Below, in pieces: positions 8,945 through 20,042 of a stretch of DNA of 64,000 bases. The translations under genes and the position numbers were made by a program. The stretch is from Patescibacteria group bacterium. Its GTDB lineage: Bacteria; Patescibacteriota; Patescibacteriia; UBA9934; GWF2-40-263. Position 1 is the first letter of the stretch, and each line of letters begins with the position of its first letter. The notes under the pieces are model-generated. The model was given only the letters and a program-made list of their open reading frames with translations. It was not told where the DNA came from and made no database searches. The DNA lies in NCBI GenBank assembly GCA_041661745.1, contig JBAZTR010000002.1:132368-196367 (forward strand). Reading direction: 5' to 3'.

Positions 8945-10366
8945 ATGAAAAAAAGCGAACTTTTTCTTACCTTCCTTTTACTGCCTTTGGATATTTCAGC
9001 AATTGTTGCCGGCGGTCTAACAGCCTATGCCCTGCGCTTTCACCCGGCTTTAGCCGAAATAAAGCCGGTCATCTTTCAGCTACCGCTTGATCGCTACGCC
9101 GGTATTCTGGCCTTGGCCGTGGTGTTATGGATTGTTGTTTTTGCTTTCGCTGGACTATACAACACCCACCCCCGTCCTTTAAAAAAAGAATTGGTCCGCC
9201 TTTTTATTGCTTCGGCAGCCAGCATGGCGGTAATTTTTTCTGTCTTGTTTTTCTCACGTTCTTTTTTTGAATCGCGTTTTATTGTCATGGCTGGCTGGGC
9301 TTTAGCCCTAGCCTTTACGGGGTTGGAACGCGTGGCCATACGCCTGTTGCAACGAGCTCTATTAGTCTGGGGTATTGGCATACACCGTGTGGTTGTAATA
9401 GGTAAAAACAAAACTGCCGAAGCCTTAATTAAAGAATTTAAACACAAGGGCCGCCTGGGTTTTAGAGTTATAGCTCACCTTGCCAAATACGACGAATCGA
9501 CCCAAAAAGTTTTAGCTGATTTAGTAAAAAAGGATGCTGTTGATGAAATTCTTTTAACCGATCAAAATGTTTCGCGCGAAGATACCCTCGAGCTTTTGGC
9601 TTTCACTGATGCTGAACATATTTCTTTCAAATACACGGCTGATTTGTTTGCCGCGGCCATTGGTCGTACTGACATTGGCACTTACGCCGGCATTCCGGTC
9701 GTGGAAATTCGCAAAACTCCGCTTGATGGTTGGGGGGCAATTTACAAAAGATTTTTTGATATCGCTGTTTCTCTAACTTTAATTGTCATTACCTTACCTA
9801 TTCAAATCATCACGGTTATCGCCCTTTTTATTGAACAGCCCGGACGAGTTCTTTTCTCGCGTTTGCCTGATGGTAAAAAAACCGTTCGCGTCGGACAACA
9901 TGGAAAAAACTTTCACTATTTTAAATTTCGTTCAATGATCAAGGATGCTCACAAATACCGCTTTGATCCTGACTTTATAAAAAAATACGGCAACGAACGT
10001 GAGGGCACGCCGCTCTTTAAACTTAAAGATGATCCGCGCATCACTCCCGTTGGCCGTTTTATTCGCAAATTCAGTATTGACGAATTACCGGAATTTTATT
10101 TGGTCTTTTTTGGCCGTATGTCGCTTATTGGTCCACGACCACACCTGCCGGAAGAGGTGGCCGAATACAAACCACATCATCGTCGCGTTTTAACCATTAA
10201 ACCGGGCATTACTGGCTTAGCCCAAATCAGCGGTCGGGCTGACCTTGATTTTGAGGACGAAGTGCGGTTAGATACTTACTACATCGAACATTGGAGCCCT
10301 TGGCTCGATTTAACGATTTTACTCAGAACACCCTTTGTTGTCCTATTTGGACACGAAGGGGGGTAG
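8945..10366 (+). CDS. Polyprenyl-phosphate sugar phosphotransferase (WcaJ/WbaP family)
   Basis: KR.FDI, KFRSM, DPRIT.VGRFIRK.SIDELP, MSLIGPRP, KPGITGLAQISGR. Confidence 0.92.
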   Translation: MKKSELFLTFLLLPLDISAIVAGGLTAYALRFHPALAEIKPVIFQLPLDRYAGILALAVVLWIVVFAFAGLYNTHPRPLKKELVRLFIASAASMAVIFSVLFFSRSFFESRFIVMAGWALALAFTGLERVAIRLLQRALLVWGIGIHRVVVIGKNKTAEALIKEFKHKGRLGFRVIAHLAKYDESTQKVLADLVKKDAVDEILLTDQNVSREDTLELLAFTDAEHISFKYTADLFAAAIGRTDIGTYAGIPVVEIRKTPLDGWGAIYKRFFDIAVSLTLIVITLPIQIITVIALFIEQPGRVLFSRLPDGKKTVRVGQHGKNFHYFKFRSMIKDAHKYRFDPDFIKKYGNEREGTPLFKLKDDPRITPVGRFIRKFSIDELPEFYLVFFGRMSLIGPRPHLPEEVAEYKPHHRRVLTIKPGITGLAQISGRADLDFEDEVRLDTYYIEHWSPWLDLTILLRTPFVVLFGHEGG

Positions 10367-10367
10367 T

Positions 10368-11453
10368 ATGAAATTAGCTTTAGTTCACGATCACCTTATC
10401 CAAGACGGAGGAGCGGAAAAGGTGCTAAGGGTCATGCAAGACATTTGGCCCAAGGCACCCACTTACGCTCTCTTTTATGATAAAAACAATTTCCCTGACT
10501 TTCAGGAAAAGGAAATTAGGACTTCGTTTTTACAAAAACTCCCCCTGGCTTTAAAAAAATATCAGTGGTATATCGGCCTTATGCCGGCCGCAACCGAAGG
10601 TCACAATCTTTCGGAATTTGATGTTGTGGTTTCCAGTTCCAGTGCTTTCAGCAAAGGCGTCATTACCCGTCCCGACGCCAAACATATTTGTTATTGTCAC
10701 ACCCCGACGCGCTATCTTTGGAGCGACACCCACAGCTATGTGGCCGAATTGCGCGCCCCAAAAATTCTAAAGATGTTTTTACCACCAGTTCTCTCTCGTC
10801 TCCGTTCGTGGGATCAAATAGCCGCTCAACGTGTCGATCTTTTTGTCGCTAATTCTAAAACCGTTCAGGAAAGAATCAAAAAATATTATGGTCGCGATTC
10901 CGTGGTAATCCATCCACCAGTGGAGACGGAAAAATTTTCCATAAGTCATGAACCAAAAAAATATTTTCTGGTCGGTGGTCGCCTGGTGCCATACAAGCGT
11001 TACGATTTAATCGTCGAAGCCTTTAATCGCACCGGACTGCCCCTTAAAATTTTCGGAACAGGCCCAATGGAAGCTGATTTAAAAAAACAAGCCAAAGGAA
11101 ATATTGAATTTCTTGGTCGAATTTCTGACGAAGAACGTGCCAAGTTATATTCGGGCTGTCTGGCTTTCTTACATCCACAAGAAGAGGACTTTGGCATTAC
11201 CGCGGTTGAGGCCATGGCCGCCGGCCGACCGGTTATCGCCTTAAAAAAAGGCGGAGCCACGGAAACCGTGGTCGAAGGTGTAACTGGCGAATTTTTCGAA
11301 GAACAAATTTGGGAGGAATTGGCTGATCGTGTTCTTCGTTTTGATGAGACAAAATATAATCCAGAAGTCATTAAAGCCCATGCGGAAAAATTCGGGGTGG
11401 AACAGTTTAAACAACAAATGAGACATTTGGTGGAACGAATGGCTGGTGTATGA
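10368..11453 (+). CDS. Glycosyltransferase family 4
   Basis: GGAEKV, CYCHTPTRY, EDFGITAVEAMAAG. Confidence 0.9.
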   Translation: MKLALVHDHLIQDGGAEKVLRVMQDIWPKAPTYALFYDKNNFPDFQEKEIRTSFLQKLPLALKKYQWYIGLMPAATEGHNLSEFDVVVSSSSAFSKGVITRPDAKHICYCHTPTRYLWSDTHSYVAELRAPKILKMFLPPVLSRLRSWDQIAAQRVDLFVANSKTVQERIKKYYGRDSVVIHPPVETEKFSISHEPKKYFLVGGRLVPYKRYDLIVEAFNRTGLPLKIFGTGPMEADLKKQAKGNIEFLGRISDEERAKLYSGCLAFLHPQEEDFGITAVEAMAAGRPVIALKKGGATETVVEGVTGEFFEEQIWEELADRVLRFDETKYNPEVIKAHAEKFGVEQFKQQMRHLVERMAGV

Positions 11454-12592
11454 AAATCGTCATCGACATTAGACATCTGACCAAACCAGAACCCAGTGGG
11501 GTCGGACAATACACAACAGAGCTGCTTAAAGCTCTTTTTGCTTTAGATAAGGAAAACGAATATTTTCTTTTTTCCAGCGGTTCTAATCGCGCCAAAGCCA
11601 ATCTGCCAGTTTTCGATTATCCGAATGTTAAATCAATTCATCTAAATCTCCCCAACCGCCTTCTTAATCTTTCGCTGCTAACAACCGGCCGACCAAAATT
11701 CGATGAAATAATTACCAATAAAATCGGTGCGGGTGAAAAACTTCTTTTCTTTTTTCCTAACCTGAATATTATTTCTCTTTCTCCCGGGACGTCGTATGTC
11801 CTGACTCTGCATGATCTGTCGTTTGAATTTTTCCCCGAGCTGTACAATCCAAAAGCCCGCTTGTGGCATCGTCTCACTCGCGCTCGAGCCCTGGCCCAAA
11901 ACGCAAAAGCGATAATTGTTCCTTCGAAGTCAGCCGCTCATGATGTTAACTTTGTTTTCGGCGTACCAAAAGAAAAAATCTTTGTCGTGCCGCACGGTGT
12001 TGATCCTCGTTTTTCGCAAAAAATTGAAGCGCAAGATTCTGGGGTTCGTTCGCGCTACCATTTACCAAAAAAATTCGCCCTGTTTGTCGGCACACTTGAA
12101 CCTCGCAAAAATATCGCTCTAATGATAGAAGCGGTTGCGGCCTACCGCAAAGAAACTAAGGACGATCTTCGTTTGGTTCTGGTTGGCAAACCGACAAAAT
12201 ACAGCCAACGCTTAATAACTCGTAAACATAAAGAATTTATCCATGAGCTCGGTTACGCCCGCAGCCAAGACCTCCCCGCTCTTTTCCGTCTAGCCGATGT
12301 TACTTTGTTTCCCTCGCTCTACGAAGGTTTTGGTTTACCAATTGTCGAATCAATGGCCTGTGGTACGCCAGTTATTGCCGGAAAAACCTCGTCTATGCCC
12401 GAGGTTGGCGGCCGAGCGGCTCTTTATATTGATCCGCACAAAACCAACGATTTAACCGCAGCCCTACGTGAATTGTTGAGTTCACCAGAATTACAAAGAC
12501 AAAAAATTGCTCAAGGACTGGAAAGATCAGGGGATTTTAATTGGCAAAAGGCGGCGGCCGCCACCCTTGCTGTTTTTAACTCTCTTTCGTAA
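11450..12592 (+). CDS. Glycosyltransferase family 4
   Basis: GTLEPRKN, FPSLYEGFGLPIVESMACG. Confidence 0.9.
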   Translation: MKIVIDIRHLTKPEPSGVGQYTTELLKALFALDKENEYFLFSSGSNRAKANLPVFDYPNVKSIHLNLPNRLLNLSLLTTGRPKFDEIITNKIGAGEKLLFFFPNLNIISLSPGTSYVLTLHDLSFEFFPELYNPKARLWHRLTRARALAQNAKAIIVPSKSAAHDVNFVFGVPKEKIFVVPHGVDPRFSQKIEAQDSGVRSRYHLPKKFALFVGTLEPRKNIALMIEAVAAYRKETKDDLRLVLVGKPTKYSQRLITRKHKEFIHELGYARSQDLPALFRLADVTLFPSLYEGFGLPIVESMACGTPVIAGKTSSMPEVGGRAALYIDPHKTNDLTAALRELLSSPELQRQKIAQGLERSGDFNWQKAAAATLAVFNSLS

Positions 12593-12679
12593 TTTTAGAT
12601 GCTTGATACAGACCCTTATCTCTGAAAAATCGGAAACAAAGGCCTTTACCAAATCGGACCAGCTTCAAGAAGGTGACAA

Positions 12680-13342
12680 ATGGAGGAAAACAAAAAGAAC
12701 GGTCTCGGGGACCTAAAAAAAGCCTCACGATCGTGGCTAAAGAACACGCTCCTGTTGTCGCTAATTATTGGCTCTGTGGCGACCCTCCTGGCTACTCTGG
12801 TCTTCAAAGAACCAACATGGAAGGACAATCTTCTGGTAGTCTCAAGTTTCATGATAACCAGTCTCACGACCTTCACCACAATAATGAGTATTAAACTCCT
12901 AAGGTTTGACTGGCACCCGGTCTTTCTCACCCGACAACTCGCCTTAAAAAATGAAGCTATCGAAAAGCTGACTGGGGAACGTGATCGGTTGGCCTTTGCC
13001 GCTGACCACTTAATCGCGGCTCTGGTCCAAGAGGTTCTACTGCCTCTCTGGAGACACCGCGATGAACAATCGGTGTATGATCCAATTGCACAACAGATCG
13101 GGGTGCTCGTCCTCAGACTTGCTGAAAGAATACCTGATCATGTTATGTCCAGTGGAAACTTCATTGGGCTCTTTGAGAACGAGGCAGGCCTGGTCAGGAG
13201 TATCTTCGACACAGCGACCAACCTTGGAGTAGTCGACTCGGCCAGCCCGTTAATCAAAGAACTCAGATTCTGGCTCAACATTGCCGCGGCCGAAGAACCA
13301 AGACAACCACCGCCAGACGACGATCTTCTCTCCGACCACTGA
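12680..13342 (+). CDS. Hypothetical membrane protein
   Basis: 220-aa ORF with two N-terminal hydrophobic segments, SD-like GAAGG, terminator-like hairpin after the stop. Confidence 0.6.
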   Translation: MEENKKNGLGDLKKASRSWLKNTLLLSLIIGSVATLLATLVFKEPTWKDNLLVVSSFMITSLTTFTTIMSIKLLRFDWHPVFLTRQLALKNEAIEKLTGERDRLAFAADHLIAALVQEVLLPLWRHRDEQSVYDPIAQQIGVLVLRLAERIPDHVMSSGNFIGLFENEAGLVRSIFDTATNLGVVDSASPLIKELRFWLNIAAAEEPRQPPPDDDLLSDH

Positions 13343-13371
13343 AAGGTGGCCGGATTTTTTATCTATTGGTA

Positions 13372-13482
13372 TTAAAGGGTTTTGAAGGGTTGGGAAGAGT
13401 TAGGAAGGGTTATTGAGATATATTTCTCTCATAAAAAAGTCCATCCCCCTTCTCAACCCTTCAAGACACTTCCAAACCCAAC
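13372..13482. repeat. Inverted pair of degenerate ~9-nt-period tandem repeats
   Basis: AAGGGTTTTGAAGGGTTGGGAAGAGTTAGGAAGGG ... CCCTTCTCAACCCTTCAAGACACTTCCAAACCC. Confidence 0.6.
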
Positions 13483-13535
13483 CAATGTTGATAACTTCTG
13501 AACAGCTAGCCAAAAATTTGATATAATAAAGTCGC

Positions 13536-14645
13536 ATGAAAATCGGAATTGACGCAAGAATGTATGGGCCAAAGGTGGGGGGCGGTGGTCTTGGGCGCTA
13601 TGTTGAACAACTAGTGACCAAATTGCAAGAAATTGACCAAGAAAACCGCTATATTTTGTTTCTAAAGAAGGAAAATTTTCACCTCTGCCCCATTACTAAT
13701 CCTAACTTTGAAAAACGCCTGGCCGATGTCCCGTGGTATTCCTTTGCCGAACAGTGGGTTCTACCAAGAATAATTGACCGCGAAAGGCTTGATTTGGTTC
13801 ATTTCCCTCACTGGAACATTCCTCTGCTCATTAAAACCCCATTTGTCGTAACTATTCATGATTTGATTCTTTTGGATGATCTCTCCTCAGCCAAAGCCAC
13901 AACTTTGGGACCGGTTCTTTACGCCATTAAACGTTTTGCCTACCGCACCACTTTAATAAATGTCGTTTCAATGAGCGAAAAAATTATCGCCGTTTCCGAG
14001 GCCACCAAACTTTCTATTTTGAAACATTTTCCCAAGGCTAATCAAAAAAAGATCGAAGTGGTTTACGAAGGAGTAATCACTCTTCAGTCTCCCCAGTCTC
14101 TTCAGTCCCCTCAGTCCCTCCTTTATGTCGGTAATTCCTATCCACACAAAAACCTGAAAACCTTACTCGACGCTTTCAAAACATTTTCTGAAAAAAATCC
14201 CGAAGCAAAGCTGATCATGGCCGGGCACAAAGATTTATTCTCCGAAGCGATTGAAAAATACGCACGAGAAAAACAAATAACCAAGGTTGAGTTCTTCCGA
14301 GATATCGATGATACAAAATTAGCTGAACTTTACGCTGAGGCTAAGCTCTATATCTTTCCTTCGCGTCTGGAGGGCTTTGGTCTGCCGGCTCTGGAAGCTA
14401 TGAGTATGAAAGTACCGGTCATTGCTGCCCGAGCTGGCTCGCTGCCTGAAGTGTTGGGCGAGGCCGCGGAATATTTTGACCCGGATAACACCACTGAACT
14501 GGTCGACTTAATGGAAAAACTTTGGCATGACGAAAATCATCGCAACGAACTGATTGCTAAAGGCCTTGAACAAATCAAAAAATACTCTTGGAAAAAAATG
14601 GCGGAGGAGATCAAAAAAATTTATCAAAAGGGACTAGGTGACTGA
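13536..14645 (+). CDS. Glycosyltransferase family 4
   Basis: MKIGIDAR, YPHKN, EGFGLPALEAM. Confidence 0.9.
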   Translation: MKIGIDARMYGPKVGGGGLGRYVEQLVTKLQEIDQENRYILFLKKENFHLCPITNPNFEKRLADVPWYSFAEQWVLPRIIDRERLDLVHFPHWNIPLLIKTPFVVTIHDLILLDDLSSAKATTLGPVLYAIKRFAYRTTLINVVSMSEKIIAVSEATKLSILKHFPKANQKKIEVVYEGVITLQSPQSLQSPQSLLYVGNSYPHKNLKTLLDAFKTFSEKNPEAKLIMAGHKDLFSEAIEKYAREKQITKVEFFRDIDDTKLAELYAEAKLYIFPSRLEGFGLPALEAMSMKVPVIAARAGSLPEVLGEAAEYFDPDNTTELVDLMEKLWHDENHRNELIAKGLEQIKKYSWKKMAEEIKKIYQKGLGD

Positions 14646-14716
14646 AGAGACTGAGATACTGAGTTATGGAAAATCCATAAACTCAGTCCCTCAGTGCCGC
14701 CAGTATCACAGTCCCC
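14630..14716. repeat. Hairpin with 9-nt-period GACTGA/TCAGTC arms
   Basis: GGGACTAGGTGACTGAAGAGACTGAGATACTGAG...CTCAGTCCCTCAGTGCCGCCAGTATCACAGTCCCC. Confidence 0.65.
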
Positions 14717-14746
14717 CAAACCAAACCACTCCTGCTTGTCGGAGTT

Positions 14747-17494
14747 ATGGAGGTCAAACGCAAAATAAAAAATAAGAAGAAGCTCGCGGCTAAAAAGCCG
14801 GCGGTTTTGCGTTATCGCGCCCCAAAAACCACCAAGATGTTCGACGAAGGCGTGCCAGCTAATCTTCTTAATTTCTCCGGCTTAAAATTAAATAAACCAA
14901 CAATAAAATTTACCGAGCGAACCGACCTGTCGCCGTTTATTGTCTCTTTTGTTTCAGAAAAACCGGCTATTGAGGAATTGCCGTTGGCCCAATTAAATTT
15001 TGCCGTTCCTGAATACGAATTTCGTCCAATTAAAACAGCTGCAGACGAGTCTTTATTGCACGAAGACTTGCTCGAACAATTTTTAGAAGAGGAACGCACG
15101 CCGTTCCGCTCAAAAAAAATCATACCAGCCGCCGCGCCCGTTTGGCCATCGTTTGAATCAATTAAACAGGCACTGCGAAACTTCACCGGTCGTGAAGAAA
15201 TCATTGAACCGGTCGTCGCCCGATTTGATTTAGATGTTCTTCAACCAGTTTATTCAAAACCAGCCATGATTGTTGAAGAAAAAATTGAGGAAAAACAAAA
15301 CGAATACATTGCTCAGTTCGACTTGCCGGAAATGGAAGAAAACGAAACCGCGGAATCAGAAATTTTAACTTGGGACGATGTTGTTCGTTCCACCATCAAA
15401 GAAGGACCACAGGTTTTTGAGGAAACCGAGGAAGAAATTGAAGCTGAAGAAAAACCAGTCAGTTGGCTTGAATGGTGGAGCACGGTTAAGGTCCCTGTTC
15501 ATTTCGGTTCCCTCGAAATGTCGGCTGGCTGGCATCGCGCCCTAGTGGCTTTTGTCTTGTTATCTTTCGTGTTTGTTCTACCGCTCCACGCCATGGAAAC
15601 AATTCACGACTTACAGAGTGTTAAAAATAATTTATCATCAGCCGGCGTTTCCGCGGTTACTAAACTAAACGAAGCCGTCTTACAGATTACGGCCAATTCC
15701 GCTTCAGCCGCTACTTCATTTGAAGCGGCCAAAAAAGATTTCAGTGCGGCTCGCTCAAATATTGAAAGTCTAAACACCACCGCCGAATTACTTCTTTCTG
15801 TTCTGCCTTCAACCCACAAAGTTTACACTTCCGGCGTCAATTTAATTTCAGCCGGTGAAGAAATCTCCTCGGCTGGTGAAAAAATAAGTCAGGGTCTTTC
15901 CGCCATGCAGACTGATGGGCTGGATACAACCGGCAAGCTAGCAATTTTAACCAAAACTTTCGAAGCGGTTCTGCCAGCGTTGGAACGCGCTGAAAAAAAT
16001 CTTAAAAAAGTTGATCCAACTGTTCTGCCAGCTGAATATCAAGACCGTTTTTCTGAATTACAAACCCTTCTCCCCAGTTTCCTTGCTTCGGCTAAAAACG
16101 TCACGGAATTTTCCGATGTTTTGGCCACCCTACTCGGCGCCGAAGGAAAAAAACGTTATCTACTTCTCTTTCAAAACAACACCGAGATAAGACCAACTGG
16201 TGGTTTTATCGGCAGTTTTGCTATTCTTGATGTTTCGCACGGTGAAATCACCAACTTAGAAGTACCAGAAGGCGGCAGCTACGATTTACAGGGCTCGCTT
16301 AAAGAAAATATCGTTGCCCCGTTACCGTTACAATTAATTTCCGCACGTTGGGAATTTCAGGACAGCAACTGGTTCCCTGATTTCCCCACCTCGGCGCGCC
16401 AAGCCCTAGAATTTTACGAGGATGCCGGTTGGCCGACGGTTGATGGCGTTGTGGCTGTAAACGCAACTTTTGTTTCATCCCTTTTGTCATTACTCGGACC
16501 AGTCGAAATGAGTGAATACGACCGAACCATTGATTCGGAAAACTTTTTGTTTGAAACACAAAAAATGGTTGAGACTGATTACGTTAATTATCAAGATGAA
16601 ACCAGCGAGCGCGAGGAGGCCGCCCCCAAAGCTTTCATTGGTGACCTGGCCGAAGCCCTACTTAGCCGAGTTGGTGATCTCGACACGGCCTTTTTGTTAC
16701 AAGCGCTTGATGCGATTCAAAGCGGTTTGACTCAAAAAGATATTCAACTTTATTTCCCCGACGAAGCAATTCAAAAAGTCGCACAAAAACTGGATTGGAC
16801 CGGCGAAATAAAACAAACCGATCGCGATTACCTAATGATCACCGACACTAACTTGGGCGGCGGAAAAACCGATTTGATTATCAGCGAAAAAGTTGATCTT
16901 AAGGTTTCCGTTCAACCCGATGGTCGCATTATCAACACGCTTACCATTAATCGAAAACACAACGGTATTAACGGAGCCATGTTTACCGGCGTCAATAATG
17001 TAAATTTCATGCGGGTATACGTACCAAAGGGCAGTCGACTTATTTCATCCAATGGTTTTTCCATTCCCGATGTTTCATTGTTTGAAAAACCTGGAGCTGA
17101 CTGGGAACGCGATGTTGATGTTCTATTTGGTGAAGAAAATACTGAAGTCGATCCGATTAGCGGCACCATGGTTAGCGAGGAAGCCGGTAAAACGGTTTTT
17201 GGTAACTGGACACAAACCCGACCAGGCGAAGCTTCAATAATAACTTTTGTCTACGAGTTGCCGTTTGATTTATCCCAACCAACCGGACTTGTTCAAATGG
17301 TAAAAGATAAGGTTGGTTTATCTAGCGGGCTTACTTATTCTCTTTTAACCCAAAAACAATCGGGTTTTCTTGATCGTCAGACCTCCGTTACGGTTGATGC
17401 CCCGAATTTAAAAACGGTCTGGTCATCGGAAGCTACCAATCAAAACACTTTCAGCAACGAAACCGATTCCTTCATAAGTTTTGTCTTTGAGTAA
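14747..17494 (+). CDS. DUF4012 domain membrane protein
   Basis: YLLLFQNNTEIRPTGGFIGS, DSNWFPDFPTSA. Confidence 0.85.
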   Translation: MEVKRKIKNKKKLAAKKPAVLRYRAPKTTKMFDEGVPANLLNFSGLKLNKPTIKFTERTDLSPFIVSFVSEKPAIEELPLAQLNFAVPEYEFRPIKTAADESLLHEDLLEQFLEEERTPFRSKKIIPAAAPVWPSFESIKQALRNFTGREEIIEPVVARFDLDVLQPVYSKPAMIVEEKIEEKQNEYIAQFDLPEMEENETAESEILTWDDVVRSTIKEGPQVFEETEEEIEAEEKPVSWLEWWSTVKVPVHFGSLEMSAGWHRALVAFVLLSFVFVLPLHAMETIHDLQSVKNNLSSAGVSAVTKLNEAVLQITANSASAATSFEAAKKDFSAARSNIESLNTTAELLLSVLPSTHKVYTSGVNLISAGEEISSAGEKISQGLSAMQTDGLDTTGKLAILTKTFEAVLPALERAEKNLKKVDPTVLPAEYQDRFSELQTLLPSFLASAKNVTEFSDVLATLLGAEGKKRYLLLFQNNTEIRPTGGFIGSFAILDVSHGEITNLEVPEGGSYDLQGSLKENIVAPLPLQLISARWEFQDSNWFPDFPTSARQALEFYEDAGWPTVDGVVAVNATFVSSLLSLLGPVEMSEYDRTIDSENFLFETQKMVETDYVNYQDETSEREEAAPKAFIGDLAEALLSRVGDLDTAFLLQALDAIQSGLTQKDIQLYFPDEAIQKVAQKLDWTGEIKQTDRDYLMITDTNLGGGKTDLIISEKVDLKVSVQPDGRIINTLTINRKHNGINGAMFTGVNNVNFMRVYVPKGSRLISSNGFSIPDVSLFEKPGADWERDVDVLFGEENTEVDPISGTMVSEEAGKTVFGNWTQTRPGEASIITFVYELPFDLSQPTGLVQMVKDKVGLSSGLTYSLLTQKQSGFLDRQTSVTVDAPNLKTVWSSEATNQNTFSNETDSFISFVFE

Positions 17495-17495
17495 T

Positions 17496-19346
17496 ATGTC
17501 AGTTCTCTCCCGTCGAAAGCGACCTTACAATCGTGTTTCTAAAAGTCTAGAAAAAAGCCTGAAAGATATCTACAGTCATGACGGTGATTTAAACATGACT
17601 AAGATTGATCGTCACAAACGGTCCCGCTTGACCGCTTTTTTAATTCGCCTGGTCGGCGTTCTTTTTCTTTTGGCTTTAATTTCTTGGGGTGGTTTTCTAT
17701 GGTGGCAATCTAATCCAACTTCAACCAGCCAACCGCTCAGGGCGGAAATTGAAACACCACAAACCATTACTTCAGGGGCAACTTCGTGTTTCAAGGTGCG
17801 TTACGAAAACGCCGGCCGTGTGCCGATTGCCGCTTTGTCTGTTTCAATTAATCTCCCCGAGACTTTCACCTTAAAGGAAGCTAAACCGGAAGCAACTGGA
17901 GAAAATTATCAATGGACCTTATCGCCCCTCGGCGTTGGTTCGGACGGTTCGGTCGACCTTTGTGGTATCTTCCGTTCTGTCACCCCCGGTTCGGAAAAAA
18001 TCCAAGCTGTCTTTACTTATCGGGCAGCTAATTTCAGTTCTGATTTTCAAGATATCGCCGGCACAACCGTGACTATTGAAAAATCTATTCTAGCCCTTGA
18101 AGTAACCGGGGCAACCGAAACCGTAGTCGGCGATCAAACCATTTATACGGCTAAAATAAAAAATAACGATACCGAAACAACAGAAAATCTTCGACTGCGC
18201 GCCGTCTTGCCAGAATCGTTTACCATTACTTCCGCCGATCCGGCCGTCTCCGAAATTGGCTCGGCTTACTGGGACTTCACCACTCTGCAACCGGGCGAAG
18301 AAAAAACCATCACCTTTACCGGCTCGTTCACCAGCTCGGCTTCGGGGATTTTGCCGATTACTATGGAGGCCGGTTTCTTAAACGCCAAAAAAGATTTTAT
18401 CGAGCAAGCGGAGAGCAAGACTGAGACAAAAGTCATGGGCGGCGACCTGGCCTTTAACCTTATCGTCAATGGCTCAGACAAGGAACAGACCGTTGATTTA
18501 AGCAGTCGGTTACGTTTATCACTTTCCTATACCAATCGCGGTGGGGAAACTATGGAAGATGTTTCTTTTGCCCTGACTATCGAAAGTGGTGGAAAAACCA
18601 TTCCGATTGATTTTCAAAATTCCGATCTTGTCGGAGGAAGTAAAACCGGCAATACCATTACTTGGAACAAAACAAACACGGCTGGGTTGGCTCTTCTTTC
18701 TCCAAGCGCTTCCGGAACGGTTGACCCGGTTCTAATTGCTGTCAGTTCGCTTGATCCAAACACCACTGCCGACTCCATTACTCTCCTTGTTAAGGCCTTA
18801 GTCGGAAAAGTTAATGGTACGGTCACGACCAGAACAATTTCTTCCACACCATTAACAATAAAATTTAATTCTGATGCCAAACTTTTAACCGAAGCACGTT
18901 ACTTTGATCGCGATGGTAACTCGCTTGGCTCGGGCCCCTTACCGCCAACCGTTGATGAGGTTACAACCTATCGAATTTTCTGGACAATCGAAAATAAATT
19001 GCACGATTTAAATAATCTTTCCACCACCATGAACCTGCCAGCCAACGTGGCCTGGACTAACAATGTCCAAGCCGACAGTGGTTCAATCACTTTCAACGAA
19101 ACAACCAGACAAGTAACTTGGACGGTTAGTTCTCTCGCTAAAAGTGCCGCCTCGACTTCAACTTGGTTCGACTTGGCTATCACTCCTTCGGTCAGTGACA
19201 TTGGTTCATTCATCAACCTGACTAATCCAGCCGCTTTCGAGGCCACCGATGCCTCGACTGGTGATACTGTTCACGACTCGACTGATACATTAACCACCGC
19301 CCTGCCCTTCGACGAGTTAGCTGAAGGTAAAGGAGTGGTGGAATAA
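17496..19346 (+). CDS. Membrane-anchored surface protein with Ig-like (DUF11-type) domains
   Basis: Single TM, Thr/Ser-rich beta-sandwich repeats, GSGPLPP.V...T.Y.I.W. Confidence 0.65.
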   Translation: MSVLSRRKRPYNRVSKSLEKSLKDIYSHDGDLNMTKIDRHKRSRLTAFLIRLVGVLFLLALISWGGFLWWQSNPTSTSQPLRAEIETPQTITSGATSCFKVRYENAGRVPIAALSVSINLPETFTLKEAKPEATGENYQWTLSPLGVGSDGSVDLCGIFRSVTPGSEKIQAVFTYRAANFSSDFQDIAGTTVTIEKSILALEVTGATETVVGDQTIYTAKIKNNDTETTENLRLRAVLPESFTITSADPAVSEIGSAYWDFTTLQPGEEKTITFTGSFTSSASGILPITMEAGFLNAKKDFIEQAESKTETKVMGGDLAFNLIVNGSDKEQTVDLSSRLRLSLSYTNRGGETMEDVSFALTIESGGKTIPIDFQNSDLVGGSKTGNTITWNKTNTAGLALLSPSASGTVDPVLIAVSSLDPNTTADSITLLVKALVGKVNGTVTTRTISSTPLTIKFNSDAKLLTEARYFDRDGNSLGSGPLPPTVDEVTTYRIFWTIENKLHDLNNLSTTMNLPANVAWTNNVQADSGSITFNETTRQVTWTVSSLAKSAASTSTWFDLAITPSVSDIGSFINLTNPAAFEATDASTGDTVHDSTDTLTTALPFDELAEGKGVVE

Positions 19347-19456
19347 ACGAACAAAAACTAAAAGACACTCGGTTCAAACCAAGTGTCTTTTATTTAAAAC
19401 ACCAAAAATAAAACCCGCATGGAACCAGATGTTTTCAGCGGGTAGGGAGAGCGTGA

Positions 19457-19732
19457 TCATTCCTTGTAGGCATTCACTGCCTTGATGATCAGCTCGGCGT
19501 CGGCAGGCATCAGATGCTCAGCGACCGGATCGCCGAAGCGATCCAACACGGCGTGGGTGCCGTGCCCGAAACCTCGGTCGCAGTACCCGAGCCGCCAAGG
19601 ACGCGGCCGTGGTGTGAAGTAACCCTTGGCTTCCAGAGAGGCCATCGCCTTTTCCGGAGGCACACTACCTTCAGCCCTTAGGGCTTCAAGCAGCGGCGGC
19701 CTTCGTTCGTTCAAATACGATTCCGGGGGCAT
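19457..19732 (-). CDS. Hypothetical protein
   Basis: 91-aa GC-rich ORF with strong SD (AGGAGG) and its own TTGACC promoter. Confidence 0.55.
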   Translation of the reverse strand: MPPESYLNERRPPLLEALRAEGSVPPEKAMASLEAKGYFTPRPRPWRLGYCDRGFGHGTHAVLDRFGDPVAEHLMPADAELIIKAVNAYKE

Positions 19733-19965
19733 TTACCTTCCTCCTGTGACGATTATCGAATCGTTACTTTGGTCGAGCACAATATCATAATAAAACTTAA
19801 AGGTCAATACTAAACCAAAAACCGCCCGGTTTAATCCGAGCGGTTTTTTATTTTTAAGATTGGTGCGTCGAGCTGTGCTCGACTCGCACCATCGAGCTTA
19901 TCTGACTTCTATGCCAGGCAAAAGCTAAGCTTTTGCCATTGTAACAGAAATCGAGCTAAGCTCGA

Positions 19966-20042
19966 TGGTGCGCCCAAGACGATTCGAACGTCTGACTTCT
20001 TCCTTCGGAGGGAAGCGCTCTATCCAGCTGAGCTATGGGCGC
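19966..20042 (-). tRNA. tRNA-Arg(CCG)
   Basis: GCGCCCA acceptor stem, anticodon loop CTCCGAA, GTTCGAA T-loop, CCA. Confidence 0.95.
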